Shown piece by piece: positions 16,320-31,304 of a stretch of DNA of 64,000 nucleotides. The position numbers and the translations under genes were made by a program. The stretch is taken from the NCBI RefSeq assembly GCF_009914755.1, contig NC_060929.1; one strand, 5' to 3'. The DNA comes from the human T2T-CHM13v2.0 reference genome, Homo sapiens. The notes beneath the pieces were generated by a model. That model made no database searches. It was not told the origin of the DNA and worked only from the letters and a program-made list of their open reading frames with translations. Each line of letters opens with the position of its first letter. Positions within the stretch are counted from its first letter, which is position 1.

Positions 16320-19300
16320 TAATTTTTTCATCACCATGCTGTTTTCCATACTACTGTACCATTTTACATCCCACCAGCAATGCACAGATTTCTAGTTTCC
16401 TCACATCCTTATCAACACTTATTTGCTGTTTTATTATTTTAAGTAATAGGCATCCCTAATGGGTGTTGTACCGTGCTTTTTAAACATGTATCTTGGAGAA
16501 TCTTTTAGTAAAGTCTGTTATGTGAATGGGACTTGTTATTTAACTACTCCCGATTTTCTGGCCTCTTGGTAATATATTTAGTGTATCTTTTGTCTTTAGT
16601 ATATATAATGCTCTTATTTTAAAATACAATATTTTCTGACTTATTTTCAGTGAGCATGGATGAAAGTACATATGCATTTTACAGTTTGATAGTTATTGCC
16701 AGCAGTATGTGAGACTACTTATGTCTACATCCTTAACATCACAGTATGTTATACAACTTTTTGATCTTCTTATCTGATAGGTGAAAAGTGGCATCTTAAT
16801 GAAGTTTTAACTTGCATTTCCTTATGAGTGAGATTAAATTTCTTGTCATTTTTATGAGCCAGTTATTTCTGAAATATCTGCATTGTATCTTTTGCCTTTT
16901 TTTTTTTTTTGCATTATCAGTACCCATTTCTTACAATTTTATGCTAATAGGAACAATCAGTGTTAAATGATGAACAAAACTGATGTGATTCCTGCGCTCA
17001 TGGTACTTACAGCCTGTTGGAATAGAAAGATAGTAGACATACAAATATGCAATTAAATTTTGTTGTAAATGTTATGGAAGAAAAGTTAGATTTTCTGTAA
17101 GATAACAGTTCAGGCTGGATTTGGGTGGAATGTGGTGGCCAGTAACAGCCCCTAATGAACCTGTAAGAACCAATGAGGCAAATATTTGAAGGGAAAACAT
17201 TCCAGGCAGATAGACAGCATGGACAGCTAGCTGAAAGAAGGGCATGTGGCTGGATTGCAATGAGGAAGAAATGATGAGAGATGACTGATTTGCCCTCTGT
17301 TCCTCATACACTAATCTGTATAGATATGTGTCAACAATGTTCAAAAGTATACAGTGAGTTTCTCCTATCATTATATAAGGGGCTTTAAAACAAATCTTTT
17401 TCCCTGCCTACTAGATATTCTCCAGGAAAGGAATATGAATCAGACAATCTGATTAGCAGAATGTCTTTAGGATATAAGTTGATTCATTGGGAGCTTCTGT
17501 GTTTTTGAATTTTTCATTTAAAATTTTTTTAAAATTTAAGAATGAAATACTGTATGTCATCTTGTATTATTTCCTGTTTCTCCAGATGTGTCATTAGAAA
17601 TTCAGCTGGTTTTCTCATGTGAAATTAATTTGTGATTCTTTGAAGCTTGCTAAATGATGCATTGTTTGCTACTAAGTTGTCTGTAACAATTTCCCCATTA
17701 GGGAGAAAAGCTCTTTGAGTGTGTCCTTCTGTGTGTGACCAAATTCCAAATGTCTGATGATTCTACATAGGGGAAAAAGTGACACTCAGAGAAAATGATT
17801 TGCAGCTTGTTGTGCTTTGCAGTAAATTCTGCATTTTAGGTAAAATGCGGAATGACAGATATGCTCAGCTTAGTTTTGATCAGTAATTTTCTTAAGCTTT
17901 CTGTATCAAATTTCTCATCATTGAAATAGAAACATGGTGGTATTTTAATGTCTTTTACCATTAGTTACAAGTCAACTCAGTGTAAAAAGTGAAAGACAAG
18001 TATTGTTAATTTTGAAAATTAGTTCCTGGTTTCTTAGTTTCTGGATTTGTTAGATAAACATATACCTTTGTTTCCCTTACTTACCCAATATCCTTTCACT
18101 TTGGCCTTTAGGTTTCATGTTTATTAGGAAATATCATGAAGTGTACATGTAAAATAGACAGAGAATGTCTTGGTAGAAATTAAGCAATAGACCCTGTGGT
18201 GTGGGCACATCTTTTTTTTAAATTTTAATTAAATTTTAATTTAAATTCTAATGTTTTTAATTAACTTTCTCCACTAATATTCCCCTGCTTGTCAGAGAAA
18301 TAGTTCAATTGATACCTGTTGAACACTGTGAATGGAAAGACTTGGAAGTGCCTGTATTCATTCTAAGTAAATTTTTTTATAGATACGGGTATTTCTCATT
18401 ACTTTTAAAAAATTGTTAGTCTTGAATGTACAGCTACAATCCATCTTCATCTTATTTTTATCATCACTAACAACAGTGGCTTTAAGTATGGTCCTTTTTT
18501 AGGTTAACATAGCTTTTCTGTTATTGCTTGTAAATATTTTTTAAAGTATTTCCAGACATATTGTTTCTGTTAAGACTTTTAGTCCTAGGTTTTGTAGTTA
18601 TCACTAAATGATGATGGTTATTGCTATGCTTCTCAGTAATTAGGTTGACAATTTTCTTTGTTTTTTGGGGACTATTTCTTGTTTTTCTTTCACTCATCAG
18701 ATGCTTCCTTAAGTGCTTATCATGTATGTTCTAGAATTCAGGGCAAATTTGTGTCCTTCTGATGTTTTTGGGTTTTGTTGTTGTTAATGGCAAGTGTTTT
18801 TGCTCAACACAGTAAATATTTTATATCAGACCAAATCTTCCTGCTTGTAAGAATCTTCTGGTTTATTATCTGTTTTTCTATTCTTGTGGATGGATTAGAG
18901 GGTAATACCCTAGGAAAAACAGGCAGTTCAATGAAATAGGAGTACTCACTAACCTGATTATTCTACCAGGTATCATACTATTACAATATGGTCCATATTA
19001 AAATAATGTTGTCTCTTTTCTTCCATGGGATGTTTTGTTCTATCTTATAAAAGAAACTATGCTAAGAGGAACTAAAAGCTATGTGCTTTCTGGCCTACTA
19101 TTATGATGTCATTTATATATGATATGATATATTTGCCTATTTTTGACCTAGTCATGCAATTTTTCTGAAAAACCTGTATGAGCATAGTATTTTGAAATAT
19201 GAATCCCTTGGCTTCCATGACATAATATCTTGGCATTTTCTTATGAGCTGGTTTTAAGTCACTCTGATTGAGTCTTAAAAAGAAAAAATATAACTCATTC

Positions 19301-19329
19301 TTTCTCCACTAAATCAATGGCTGTTTTAT

Positions 19330-20083
19330 TGTATTTTTATATTTTTAATTGATGCAAATATTTGTACATATTTATGGGGTATAGGTGATATTTTGTTACA
19401 TGCATGGAATGTGTAATGATCAAGTCAGGGTTGGGGCGTCCATCACCTTGAGTATCATTTCTAAGTGTTGGGAACATTTCCAGTCCTCTTTTAGCTGTTT
19501 TGAAACATACAGTACATTGTTGTTAACTATAGTCACCCTACTCTGCTGTCGAACATTAGAACTTACTCCTTTTATCTAACTGCATGTTTGTACCCATTAA
19601 ACAACTTCTCTTAACCCCTCTTCCCAATCGCTACCCTAAGTCAAATACTCTTCCCAGCCTCTGGTGTCTGTCCTTCTACTCTCCACTTCTGTGAGATCAA
19701 CTTTTTTTTTTTTTAGCTCCCAAATATGAGTGAGAACATAGGATATTTGTCTTTCTGTGCCTGGCTTATTTTGCTTAATAGAATGACCTCCAGTTTCATT
19801 CATGTTGCTACAAATGATATGATTTCATAGGTTTTTATGACTAAATAGTATTCCATTGTTTATATATATACCACATTTTCTTTTTCCATTCATCTAAATC
19901 AACACTTAGGTTGATTCCGATCTTTGGTGTTGTGAATAGTGCTGCAATAAACATGAGAGTCCAAACAGTACATCCCTTTGGTGTACTGATTTTTTTCCTT
20001 GGTATACTTGAGTTTTTCCCAGTAGTGGGATGGCTGGATCATAAGGTAGTTCTATTTTTAGTTTTTTTTTTTAAATAAATCTT
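19330..20083 (-). mobile_element. L1MA 3' fragment
   Basis: tttgtacatatttatgggg...gatcaagtcaggg...gagtgagaacata; TSD-like tcaatggctgtttta / tcaatgcctatttta. Confidence 0.88.
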
Positions 20084-20439
20084 CAATGCCTATTTTAATA
20101 ATGTAAATGTTTTTTAAAAATCTATTTTTCAACTTCCTATTCTGACTCACTGATGTGTTTATTTCTAAGTCACAGTTATGGTAGCTTTTTAATGGCTTAC
20201 ACCAACTGGAAGGACAGATTGCTCTTTATTACTCTTCTCTAGACTGTTTCAGGCTAAATTCAGATTTATTATTTTTGTCATTTAACATTTCTTATCTCCA
20301 TTTCTCTTATATTTTCCTTCAGCTTGATCTTTGACTCTCCTTTTGCTTGTTTTTTGTTAACTTCTCATCATTCCCTATTTTCTCTTTTGTTAATAGTTCT
20401 TTGAAACTTAACTTTTTAATTGGCCCCTTTTCTTAAACT

Positions 20440-21190
20440 TACTCTTCTTTTTCACTTAACTCCTTTTGGATGTCACACTGTCATCAAAAAGCCCTGTCCA
20501 AATTTGTATGCATTACTACAAAGTGACTTCCTTTCTCAACGCAATTGCACTGTTTGTGTATTAATACTACCATTCCGTTAGACACCTGGAATTAAAACTG
20601 TAAGTCATATTTGCATTAATCTTTTCATCTATCTTCAGTCATTTTCTAATTACCATTGATACTTTTTCATGTGATGTCTCCCGTCTTCCTCCTCCTCCAT
20701 ATTTCATAATTACTACTACCATGTTCTAGATCATATCATCTCATACCTAGATAATTGAAACTTCATTCTGACTGACCTTTCTCTTTCTATTTTATTTTGC
20801 AAATATCTGTGAGCTTCTTCTAATATAAAAACTGTAGGTAAATACTAATATTAAACTGATGGCCTTATTCATTAATTCCTCATTTATGTAATAAATATTT
20901 GAATGACCATTATCTGCCAAGCAAGCTTCTGAGTGCCGGACGTGCCAACGTGAACAAAACACATTCTAGTCCATGCTCTCTTGGAGCTTACATTCTAATG
21001 GTGGGTAGAGGTCGGGAGGGAAAGAGTGGAGATCTGACAATGAACAAGGTAATTTTGGTTTCTGATAAAGACTGTGATGGATAGATAGAATGGGGGGTAC
21101 AGTGGGAGTGTTAGTTTAGCTTGGGTGCACATGAAGACATCTCTGAGCTGAGCTATGAGGGCAGTTGAGACCAGCCAGACTGGGAAAGAT
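20440..21190. mobile_element. L2 fragments in opposite orientations
   Basis: atcatctcatacctagataattg; taataaatatttgaatgacc...ggagcttacattctaatgg. Confidence 0.6.
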
Positions 21191-22275
21191 AGGGTAGAAG
21201 AAAATAGATAAATGCTGGAAAACATTTTAATAAGTGGGAAGTTTTTCATGCCTCCTCAAAATTAATAGACAGAATAGTCTTTAACCTTTAAGTACAGATA
21301 AGAATTCAGTCTTTGATGAAAGTAGCATCCCAGGCATCATGGAGGAAAAATGGATTATTAACAAATGGAGCTGGGAAAATTAGTTACTGTATATACTGTA
21401 ATTCTTGGCTGGTTAACTTTCTTGAAGACCATTGATGCCTGTGGGACAGGAATTATGTTGTAAATTAAAACTAATATAGATGAAAAAAGTTCTATCATTG
21501 GAGTAAATTTTTTCCACTTAATTTTTAGTTTTCTTAATCTGCAGTTTTTTTCTCTATTCAACATCAGCGAAGAGTTTATTTTTGATTTATATCTGAACTT
21601 ATGTCTGAAATTTTCCAAAAGATCTATTTATTGATATATTGAAATAATGAAGTCAAGTTTCCGTATTTGATAATTAGATAATAAATCTCATACTGTCCTG
21701 ACATCTCAGGCTGCGAAGCATAACGCATAAGGGGCAGGTTTGGTCCATAGCCTCTAGACTGTGGCTAAATCAGGCAATCACCAGAAAGATAAGAAAAAGA
21801 ACTAATTGTATGCATAGGTCTATTGACAGTAAAGGTGGGACCGGTAGCCTTGAATTTAGTTGTGTTCTTAAAGAAGGGCGTTTTTTAGAAATTTCCAGCT
21901 TCTTCATTGTAGATTCTTGATTTGGGCCTTTGAGAATCTGAAGTTTGATTGGATATTGTGTTTCTTTAGACATTCTAATGAGTCATCATATTCTCCATGT
22001 GAAATTATATTAGTTGGTGATCCCCATGGCAACATAAATTTATTTCTTTAATTTTTGCAGGGAATTTATTATTTGATTGTTTTTTAGAAATTACGTCCAT
22101 TATCCACTCTGTTACTGGTTATATGATCATGCATATGTTTGAATTACATGTTGTGTTAATGTTGTGGCTTCTATCATATGCTTTGTAGGAAAATAGTTAT
22201 TCATCCTCTGTGCCTCTGGTCTGCTTCAACTAAATTTGGCTTGAGAGTTGGCTGTTAGCTGTAGGCATCCAGTGA

Positions 22276-22763
<488 letters not shown>

Positions 22764-23214
22764 TAATGATTTTTTTTTTCTTCTCAGGGGAAAGTATCTT
22801 CTCAAAACAATTTTATTAGGATTAGGGATCTTGTTACCTGGTATGGTATTATGGCAAAGGAATACCCAATAGACAAGTAATGAAGCTGTTAGAGCCTTTC
22901 ACTCAATAATGAAAAATAAACTGTATAGCCTATATTTCAACTGAATCTGGGGCAAAGTACTTTATGATGTTATCTGTATTCCCAGAGTCATGTGGTATTT
23001 ACTAGCTTTACCCTTGTTATTTTTTAGGGTAGTTTGCATGATCAACTTATCAGTGTCAGAAGGACTAAAGTAAATATTGATTTTTTGATAAAAGTATATT
23101 GAAATAAATAATGTGCTTAAAGTGACAGCCCTCCAATAAACACTCATCAAGCATATAGTCTGTGTAAAACACCTTTCTAGGTGCTCTGCAAGATTCAGAA
23201 ATAAACTAGATATG

Positions 23215-23515
<301 letters not shown>

Positions 23516-23823
23516 CCAACCAGATGTGGCTTTTGACATTAAGAATCTTTGAGGCTGTATGGGAGTTTATACCCATGTGGAAGGAACCTCCAGAATGACC
23601 TGCGTGGCTTTTCCTGCAGAAGGGCAGGGGTTACCTGAGACACCGGGTGCTATCATGAGGTCTTGAAGTTGAAATTCATTCACTGGTTTAAACACATTTT
23701 TTGACAACTAGTATACATACTGGTTATATTTAAAGGCTGTTCTTAATGTTTATGCTTGTTTAGTTTTTCATTTGAACTTTTCTTAACATTTATTAATGTA
23801 GACTCTTGTTATTTTCTCTCTAG

Positions 23824-23951
23824 TTTAATAGAAAATGGTCAGCTTGAAATTGTGACAGGTGGCTGGGTTATGCCTGATGAAGCTACTCCACATTATTTTG
23901 CCTTAATTGATCAACTAATTGAAGGACATCAGTGGCTGGAAAATAATATAG
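23824..23951 (+). CDS. MAN2A1: MAN2A1 internal coding exon (probably exon 5), 128 nt, phase 2->1
   Basis: ttctctctag|TTTAATAGAA ... AATATAG|gtatgt; encodes [42 protein letters not shown], containing the GH38 GGWVMPDEA motif. Confidence 0.97.
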
Positions 23952-24204
23952 GTATGTATTGGTATATTCTTTATTTGGGCTATTTTGGACAGTTAATTTT
24001 CGGGATGTGAAGTGAGGCTCTGTTCTTTTTTCGAGTAACTATTTTCCCTGTTAGTCATTATTGTTGAATAATTTATTCTTCATTAATTTATGATATTTCT
24101 TAGCTCATAAACTGAGTTACAGAGATTTACTATAGTCACTTTTAGGATCATCTACCTTGTTTAATGTATTATTTATCTATATTTTTATTGGTTTTGGGAT
24201 TATT

Positions 24205-24780
24205 TTAATTGTATGTTAAGACTTGATGACAAGAGGCAAAAACCTAATTATGGTAGCTTAAGTTTTTTTTTTCAGCAAAAAAAGGAAAGAAAGATATTCA
24301 TTATGTCACTGAGTGTTCCAGAGATATGGTAGCTTCAGGTATTGCTGTATCCAGGGATCCAGGGGACTTAAATTATGTTGTCTGGGCACTGTATCTTTGG
24401 GCTCTGCTTGTTTTGCTGGGTTTCTTCACAAGGTGAGTAAGATGGCTCTAGGCAGCCGAGACTAATTTTTCCAACCTAGCAACCAGGAATTCTCTTTAAT
24501 ACTTTATCTAGTTGGCCCAACTTGAGTCAGTTCCTTATGTCTGAGCCAGTTACTGTGTCCAGAGGTATAGGAGTTCAAATCACTAAGGTCTAGTCATTTT
24601 GGTGGAAATGGTCTTGGGGGAAAGGGAATTGTGGAGAGCAGGGTCAGCTGCACCTAAAGGCATGAGAATGGGTCCTCCATATGAGTGGCCTCATGGAATG
24701 GGTCCAGTTCAACAGAATAATTCTGTTGCTACAAGAAATGGGAAAAAAGATGCTAGACTGATAGAATCAGATGTCCACTA
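24205..24780 (-). mobile_element. MLT1-like (MaLR) LTR
   Basis: agcttcaggtattgctgtatccaggg and ctgagccagttactgtgtccagagg motifs. Confidence 0.55.
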
Positions 24781-25194
24781 TAAAAACTTGGGACTAATAG
24801 AAAACTATGTGATATTTAATATTTGCATTTTGTAACATGGTATGTAAATCCTTTCAAATATTTTATATCTCAGTATAATAATGTAGTTTTTTATGTAAGT
24901 ATATGTGTTTTTTATTGAAGTTATTTTTAGATATTTCCTTATTTTAAAAAATTGTCCCTTAGAGATAAAATTCTTAATCCCTATTTTTTCTTTACTTTTT
25001 ATTTTGAGATAATTGCAAATTTGAAGAAATGTATAAGAATACTGCAAAATATTCTCATAAACCCTTCACCCAGATTTACCAGTTGTTAACATTTTGACAC
25101 ATTTACTTAATTTTTTCTGTTTCCGTGTTGTTGTAGTGGTGCTGGTATTTCTTATTATCAGAACCATTTGGAAGCATGTTGCAGGTATCATGCC

Positions 25195-25722
25195 CGTGTA
25201 GAAAATAGTTAGCATAGCAGGTCTGCTATCTTTAGAAAGGCCTTGCTTGCAAGATTGGCCCTTGGTTAGTGTCTGGGAACATGGATATCCTAACGATAAG
25301 AGTGGCTCACTGTTTTTAATCTGTTTGTACAAACAAAATAGTTTGTGCTAAACAATTGCTTTCCTTCTGGGAGTCTGAATTCTTAGTATGTGCTGAACAG
25401 AGGGTGCCTACATGACCAGCCCCCAACATTGGACACTGAGTCTGTAATGAGTTTCCTGGTCAACAGCACTTCACACATACTGTCACAGTTTCGTGCTGGA
25501 GCATTTAAACACATCCTGTATGACTCCATGGGGAGAGGACGCTTAGAAGCTTGCACCTGGTTTCCTCTGGACTTACTCTGTATGCTTTTTCCTTTTGCAG
25601 ATTTTTTTTTCTCATTTCACTGTAATAAATTATAGGTGTGAGTACGACAATATGTTGAGACCTGTGATTTTTCTTAACAAATCACCAAACCTGAAGGTGG
25701 TCTTGGGGACCCTCTCTACACA
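25195..25722 (+). mobile_element. MER68 (ERVL) solo LTR inserted in an old L1MC-like fragment
   Basis: Termini cgtgtaga...tctacaca, 5-bp TSD ATGCC (25190-25194, 25723-25727), tagaaaggccttgcttgcaag motif, AATAAA near 25624. Confidence 0.85.
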
Positions 25723-25789
25723 ATGCCCTTTTTCTTAAATACTTGATATGCTAACCCAAGAATATTCACTTCATAAACCTCCGTTATGA

Positions 25790-28440
25790 ATGTTTTTTAT
25801 GTTTTTATTGAAGTGTAATTTACATGCAGTGGAATATATAAATCTTAAATGTAGAGGTCAGTGAGTTTTAACAATGTACATACCCATTTAATCTATACAT
25901 TTATTACCCAAGGTCTCTCATCCCCTCATCTTTCCACTTGCAGCCAACTGCTCTTTGATTTCTGTCATTGTCCATGAGTTTTGTTTGAAGAAGAATTTAT
26001 TAGTATATGAACTCACATAATATTATTTTGGGTCTTGTGTCTTTTGCCCAGTGTAATTTTTTCTTACAACTTTATTGAGATATATTTCACATAAATTCAT
26101 AGATTTGTGCAACCATCACCACAGTCTATTTTTAGAACTTTTTTCAACATCCCCCAAAGAAACCTTATACCCAGTAGTAGTCACTCCCCTTCCTAGCTTC
26201 ACCCTTCCCTGCCCCAGTCTCAGGCTATCACTAGTCTTTCTGTATATATGGATTGGACTATTCTGGACATTTCACATAGATGGAAGCATGTAATGTATGG
26301 CCTTTGGTGATTGGATTCTTGGCATAATATTTTCAAGGCTCATCATGTATTATAGCATATATCAGTGCTTCATTCCTTTTTATAGCTGAATAATATTCTG
26401 TTGTATGGATATACCAGATTTGTTTATCCCTTATTCAGTTGATGGGCACTTAGGTTGTATTTTGCTTTTGGCTGCTGTGAATAATGCTGTTATACACATT
26501 TGTTTAAAAGTTTTTGTGTGACTCTACCTTTCTTCCTAGGAGTAGAATTGCTGAGTTATATGGTAAAAATGTTTAGCATTTTGAGAAACTGTCAAACTTT
26601 TCCAAAAGAGCGGTATCGTTCTACCTTCCCACCAGCAATGTGTGAGGTTTCTATTTTCTCCGTATCTTCACCAACATTTGTTACTGTCTCTCTTTTTTAT
26701 TGTAGTCATTCTAATATGTGTGAAATGGTAATCTCATTGTGATTTTGATTTGCATTTTCCTAAAGACTAGTGGTACTAAGAATCTTTTCATGTGTATATC
26801 AGCTGCGTATAGATCTTTTAAGGATAAATGTCTATTCTAATTATTTTCCTATTTTTCAGTAGAGTTATTTATCTTTTTATTATTGACTTAGAATTTTTTT
26901 TATATATTGTGGTTAAAAGTTCTTTGTTGGATAGTGATTTACAAATTTATTTTCTCATTCTGTGGTTTTTTCACTTTCTTGAAGGTGTCTTTTAGTGCAC
27001 AAGTTTTAATTTTGAGGAAGTTTTTCTTCTGTTGCTTGTGCTTTTGATGCCATAGTAAGAAACTGTTGTTTAATCCTGAATTATAAAGATGTACTACTGT
27101 CTTTAAACTAGTTTTATGGTTTTAGCTCTTACATTTATGTCAGTGATTAAATTAACTAAATATTATATTTAGTTAATATTATATAGTTAATATATAATAG
27201 TTAATATAACTATTAATATAATTGTTATATTAACTAAAATATTAATTTTTAGTTAATATTTGTATATGATGTGAGGTAGAGTTTCATATTTATTTTTTTT
27301 GCATGTTGATACCCAGTTATTCCAATGCCACTTATTGGAAAAGATGATTCTTTCCTCACTGAATTGTCCTGGCACACTTGTTAACAGTTAGTTAACCATA
27401 ATTATGAGAGTTTATTCCTGGACTCTCAGTTCTGTTTCCTTGACTTATATTTATGCCAGTACCGTACTGTCTTGATTACTATAGCTTGTATAAGCTTGAC
27501 ATTGGGAAGTCTGAGTTCTGCAACTTCCGTTCTTTTTTTAAACTTGTTTTTTCCATGTGAATTTTAGGCCAGTTTATCAATTTCTGCAAAAATATCAGCT
27601 AGAATTTTGCTAGTGGTTGTATTAAATCTGTAGGTCAATCTGGGGGAATATTGCCGTTTTAACAATGTCACATCTTCTGATATAGCAACATGGGATGGCT
27701 TTCCATTTAAGTAGATCATCATTAATTTCTTTCAACAGTGTTTTATAGCTTTCAGTGTAAAAGTCCTGTACTTTTTTTGTTAAATATGTTCCTAGGCATT
27801 TTGTTTGTTTTACTGCCATTATAAATGGGATTGTTTTCTTAATTTCATTTTAGGATTATTCATTGCTAGTATGTAGAAATACAATTGATTTTTGTTAGTG
27901 ATCTTATATCCTGTCACCAGCATGAAGTTTTTGGGATTCATTCTTGTTGTGTATGTTGGTAATCCATTTCCTTTTATTATTAATCCAGTTTCCTGTTGAA
28001 CATTTGGGTTGCTTTCAGTTTTGAGCTATGGTGAATCATACTGTGATAAACATTTGTGCACAGGTCTTTTTATGGGCATATGTTTTCCTTCTCTTGGAGT
28101 GAAATGTTTACTAGCACTAGAATTGCTGGGCTATAGGATAAGTTTATGTTGCAGCTTATGTGAACTTTGAAAGAGTTTTCCAAAGTGGTGGTGCTATTTT
28201 ATATTCCACCAACAACGAATGAGAGTTCTGATTGTTCCACATTTTTGCCAGTGTTTGCTGTGTGAGTCTTTTTTCTTAGAACCATGCTAGTGGGTATATA
28301 GTGATATTTCACTGTTATTTTAACATGCATTTCTATGAGGACTAATGATGCTGAGTATGTTTTGTTGTGCTTATTGGCCAGTGGTATACCCTATTTTCAA
28401 GTTTCTAAGTCTTTTACCCATTCTTTTTATTTGAATTGTT
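25790..28440 (-). mobile_element. Nested old L1M/L1MB fragments
   Basis: Continuous ORF2 3' and 3'UTR similarity, e.g. ORF 27622-27819 LGTYLTKKVQDFYTESYKTLLKEI. Confidence 0.85.
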
Positions 28441-28442
28441 GC

Positions 28443-28451
28443 TATATATAT

Positions 28452-28490
<39 letters not shown>
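28443..28490. repeat. (TA)5(TAGA)9 microsatellite at the tail of an L1PA
   Basis: Direct read. Confidence 0.97.
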
Positions 28491-29375
<885 letters not shown>

Positions 29376-31304
29376 TATACTAGTAAAGGGTTGTTGCCTT
29401 TTTTAAAATTTGTAGATATTCTTTGTATGTTCTAAATATGAGCACTTTGTCACATATATGCTATATGAATATTTTTACCAGTTTATGGTTATTCGTTTGT
29501 TTTTAGTGGTATCTTTTTCATTTCTCTTAATCATTTAATACCAGTATATAAGAAAATTTTTCATATGCATGTGTATATGTGTGGTCTAAAGTTGTATAAA
29601 TCCTATCTTTTTATTATAAATATTTTATATAATTTCTTATTAGTTATAAATATGTAATAAAATCATAAAATGAAAATTATCTTTTTAAATACTTATAGTA
29701 TTTAGACTATATGTCTGTTTAGTATTTTATTGCATAGATAACATCTCTTATAGTAATGACATAGGGTAGTGGTCTTTCTTGTTCCAGATTTTTAATAGAA
29801 ATTGTTTAGCTGTTCTGTATTAAGTATCATATTATATAGTATTTTTATGGTAGGTGCTATTTATAGTGTTTAGAAAATTATTTTCTTCTTAGTATTTTTC
29901 ACTTAACAGTGAATACGTAATATTACTGGTTTTCTTATAGCCGTCTATCAATACTGTATGGTTTTTCTCATGTTTCCGTGGATGTGACAGCAGTTTGTTC
30001 AGTTAAAAAGTCATTGACTTCCTGGAATAAATCCCTTTTGGTTTTGGTACTATTGAGTTTAATTTATTTAGTGGTTTTATGATTTTATATCCATTTTCAT
30101 GAGTAAGATTAGTTTTCTTTTTTAATGTACTACATTTGTATTTTTTTTATTGGTTTGTGATACTTAATAAAATGAATTAGGTAGTACTGAATTCTTCCTT
30201 GTATTACGTGACAGCTTATGTACATTAGAAATAATTTATTGCTCAGATCCTAGGCTTAGAGGGGTCTTTTATTGGAGGTAGATTTTTTGATAATGTTAAA
30301 AATTTCTCCAAAGTTATTAATATCCAATTTACATCTAAAATGTAAATTGTATTATTTTTGTTAGAAACCCAGCCTTCTTATCAACATTTTAATTACTTGG
30401 AGTATAAAGTAAGAATTGTATATAGTATTCTTTGTTTTAAACAGTATTTTATTAAATAACATGCAGTCAGTGTGGGAAAATAGGAAAAAATAATATACTA
30501 GCAGAAAGTAAGGAGAAATCCTTCTGTACCCTTTAGAGATAACCTGTTTTGTGATATATAACATTATAGCATTCTGGACTTTTTCATATGTATATTTAAA
30601 CACAGTATAAGTTTTTTTCCACAAGGATAGGATAGTATTTTAAAACAAATTTATTAGAGATAGTAAAGTGTTTAAAGCTATCTTCTCTACAACTTTTGTA
30701 TCTATCTTCTTTATAGTTTTCTGTAGGGCATTTTTATTTGACTGTTAGTCTGTGTTATTTATTTTTTAAAGAGCAGGTTAAAATTTTTTAAGCTAAAAGG
30801 TATTTTGTGTTTCTTCATACTACCTTATCTTTATTTTCCTCTTTCTTTGCTCCTTTTGTCTGTTTTTTGTTTCTTTTTCTCTCAAGGAGTTGGCAACAGG
30901 TGCATGTGCACACATACATACATTTTGGCTCATTTGTTCTTTTTCTACAACGTGAAGGTGAGTGGCAGCGAGGCCTCTTGTGAGAGAGCATACCCATCCA
31001 TCTCACTCATCCTGTGGAGTCAGCATAGGCAAACTGCTGAAATGGAGTTGGAGCTCATTTCTGCAGTCCAGGCAGAGGACAATGGCAATGTGGCAGGGTC
31101 AGTCTGAGAATGTATGTTCCTCCTACCTCAAGGTGCCTTGGAGAAGATCAGTGCTGGCCTTCGATGTGCTCAGGGGATGTACTTATGACTCTTAGCATGT
31201 GATATGAGGTATCTCACTACTTCACTCTTTCCTCCATCCCAAATAGTGAACACACTTAACAACACTTACAACATCATAAAACTGTTCAGTTTTAGAGGTA
31301 TAAT

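Larger units (their letters stand above)
15090..16470 (-). mobile_element. L1MB-like 3' fragment interrupted by a partial MADE1 and a ~615-bp insertion
   Basis: L1 3'UTR/ORF2-end similarity at 15090-15704, resuming at 16320 (tgtaccattttacatcccaccagcaatg). Confidence 0.8.
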
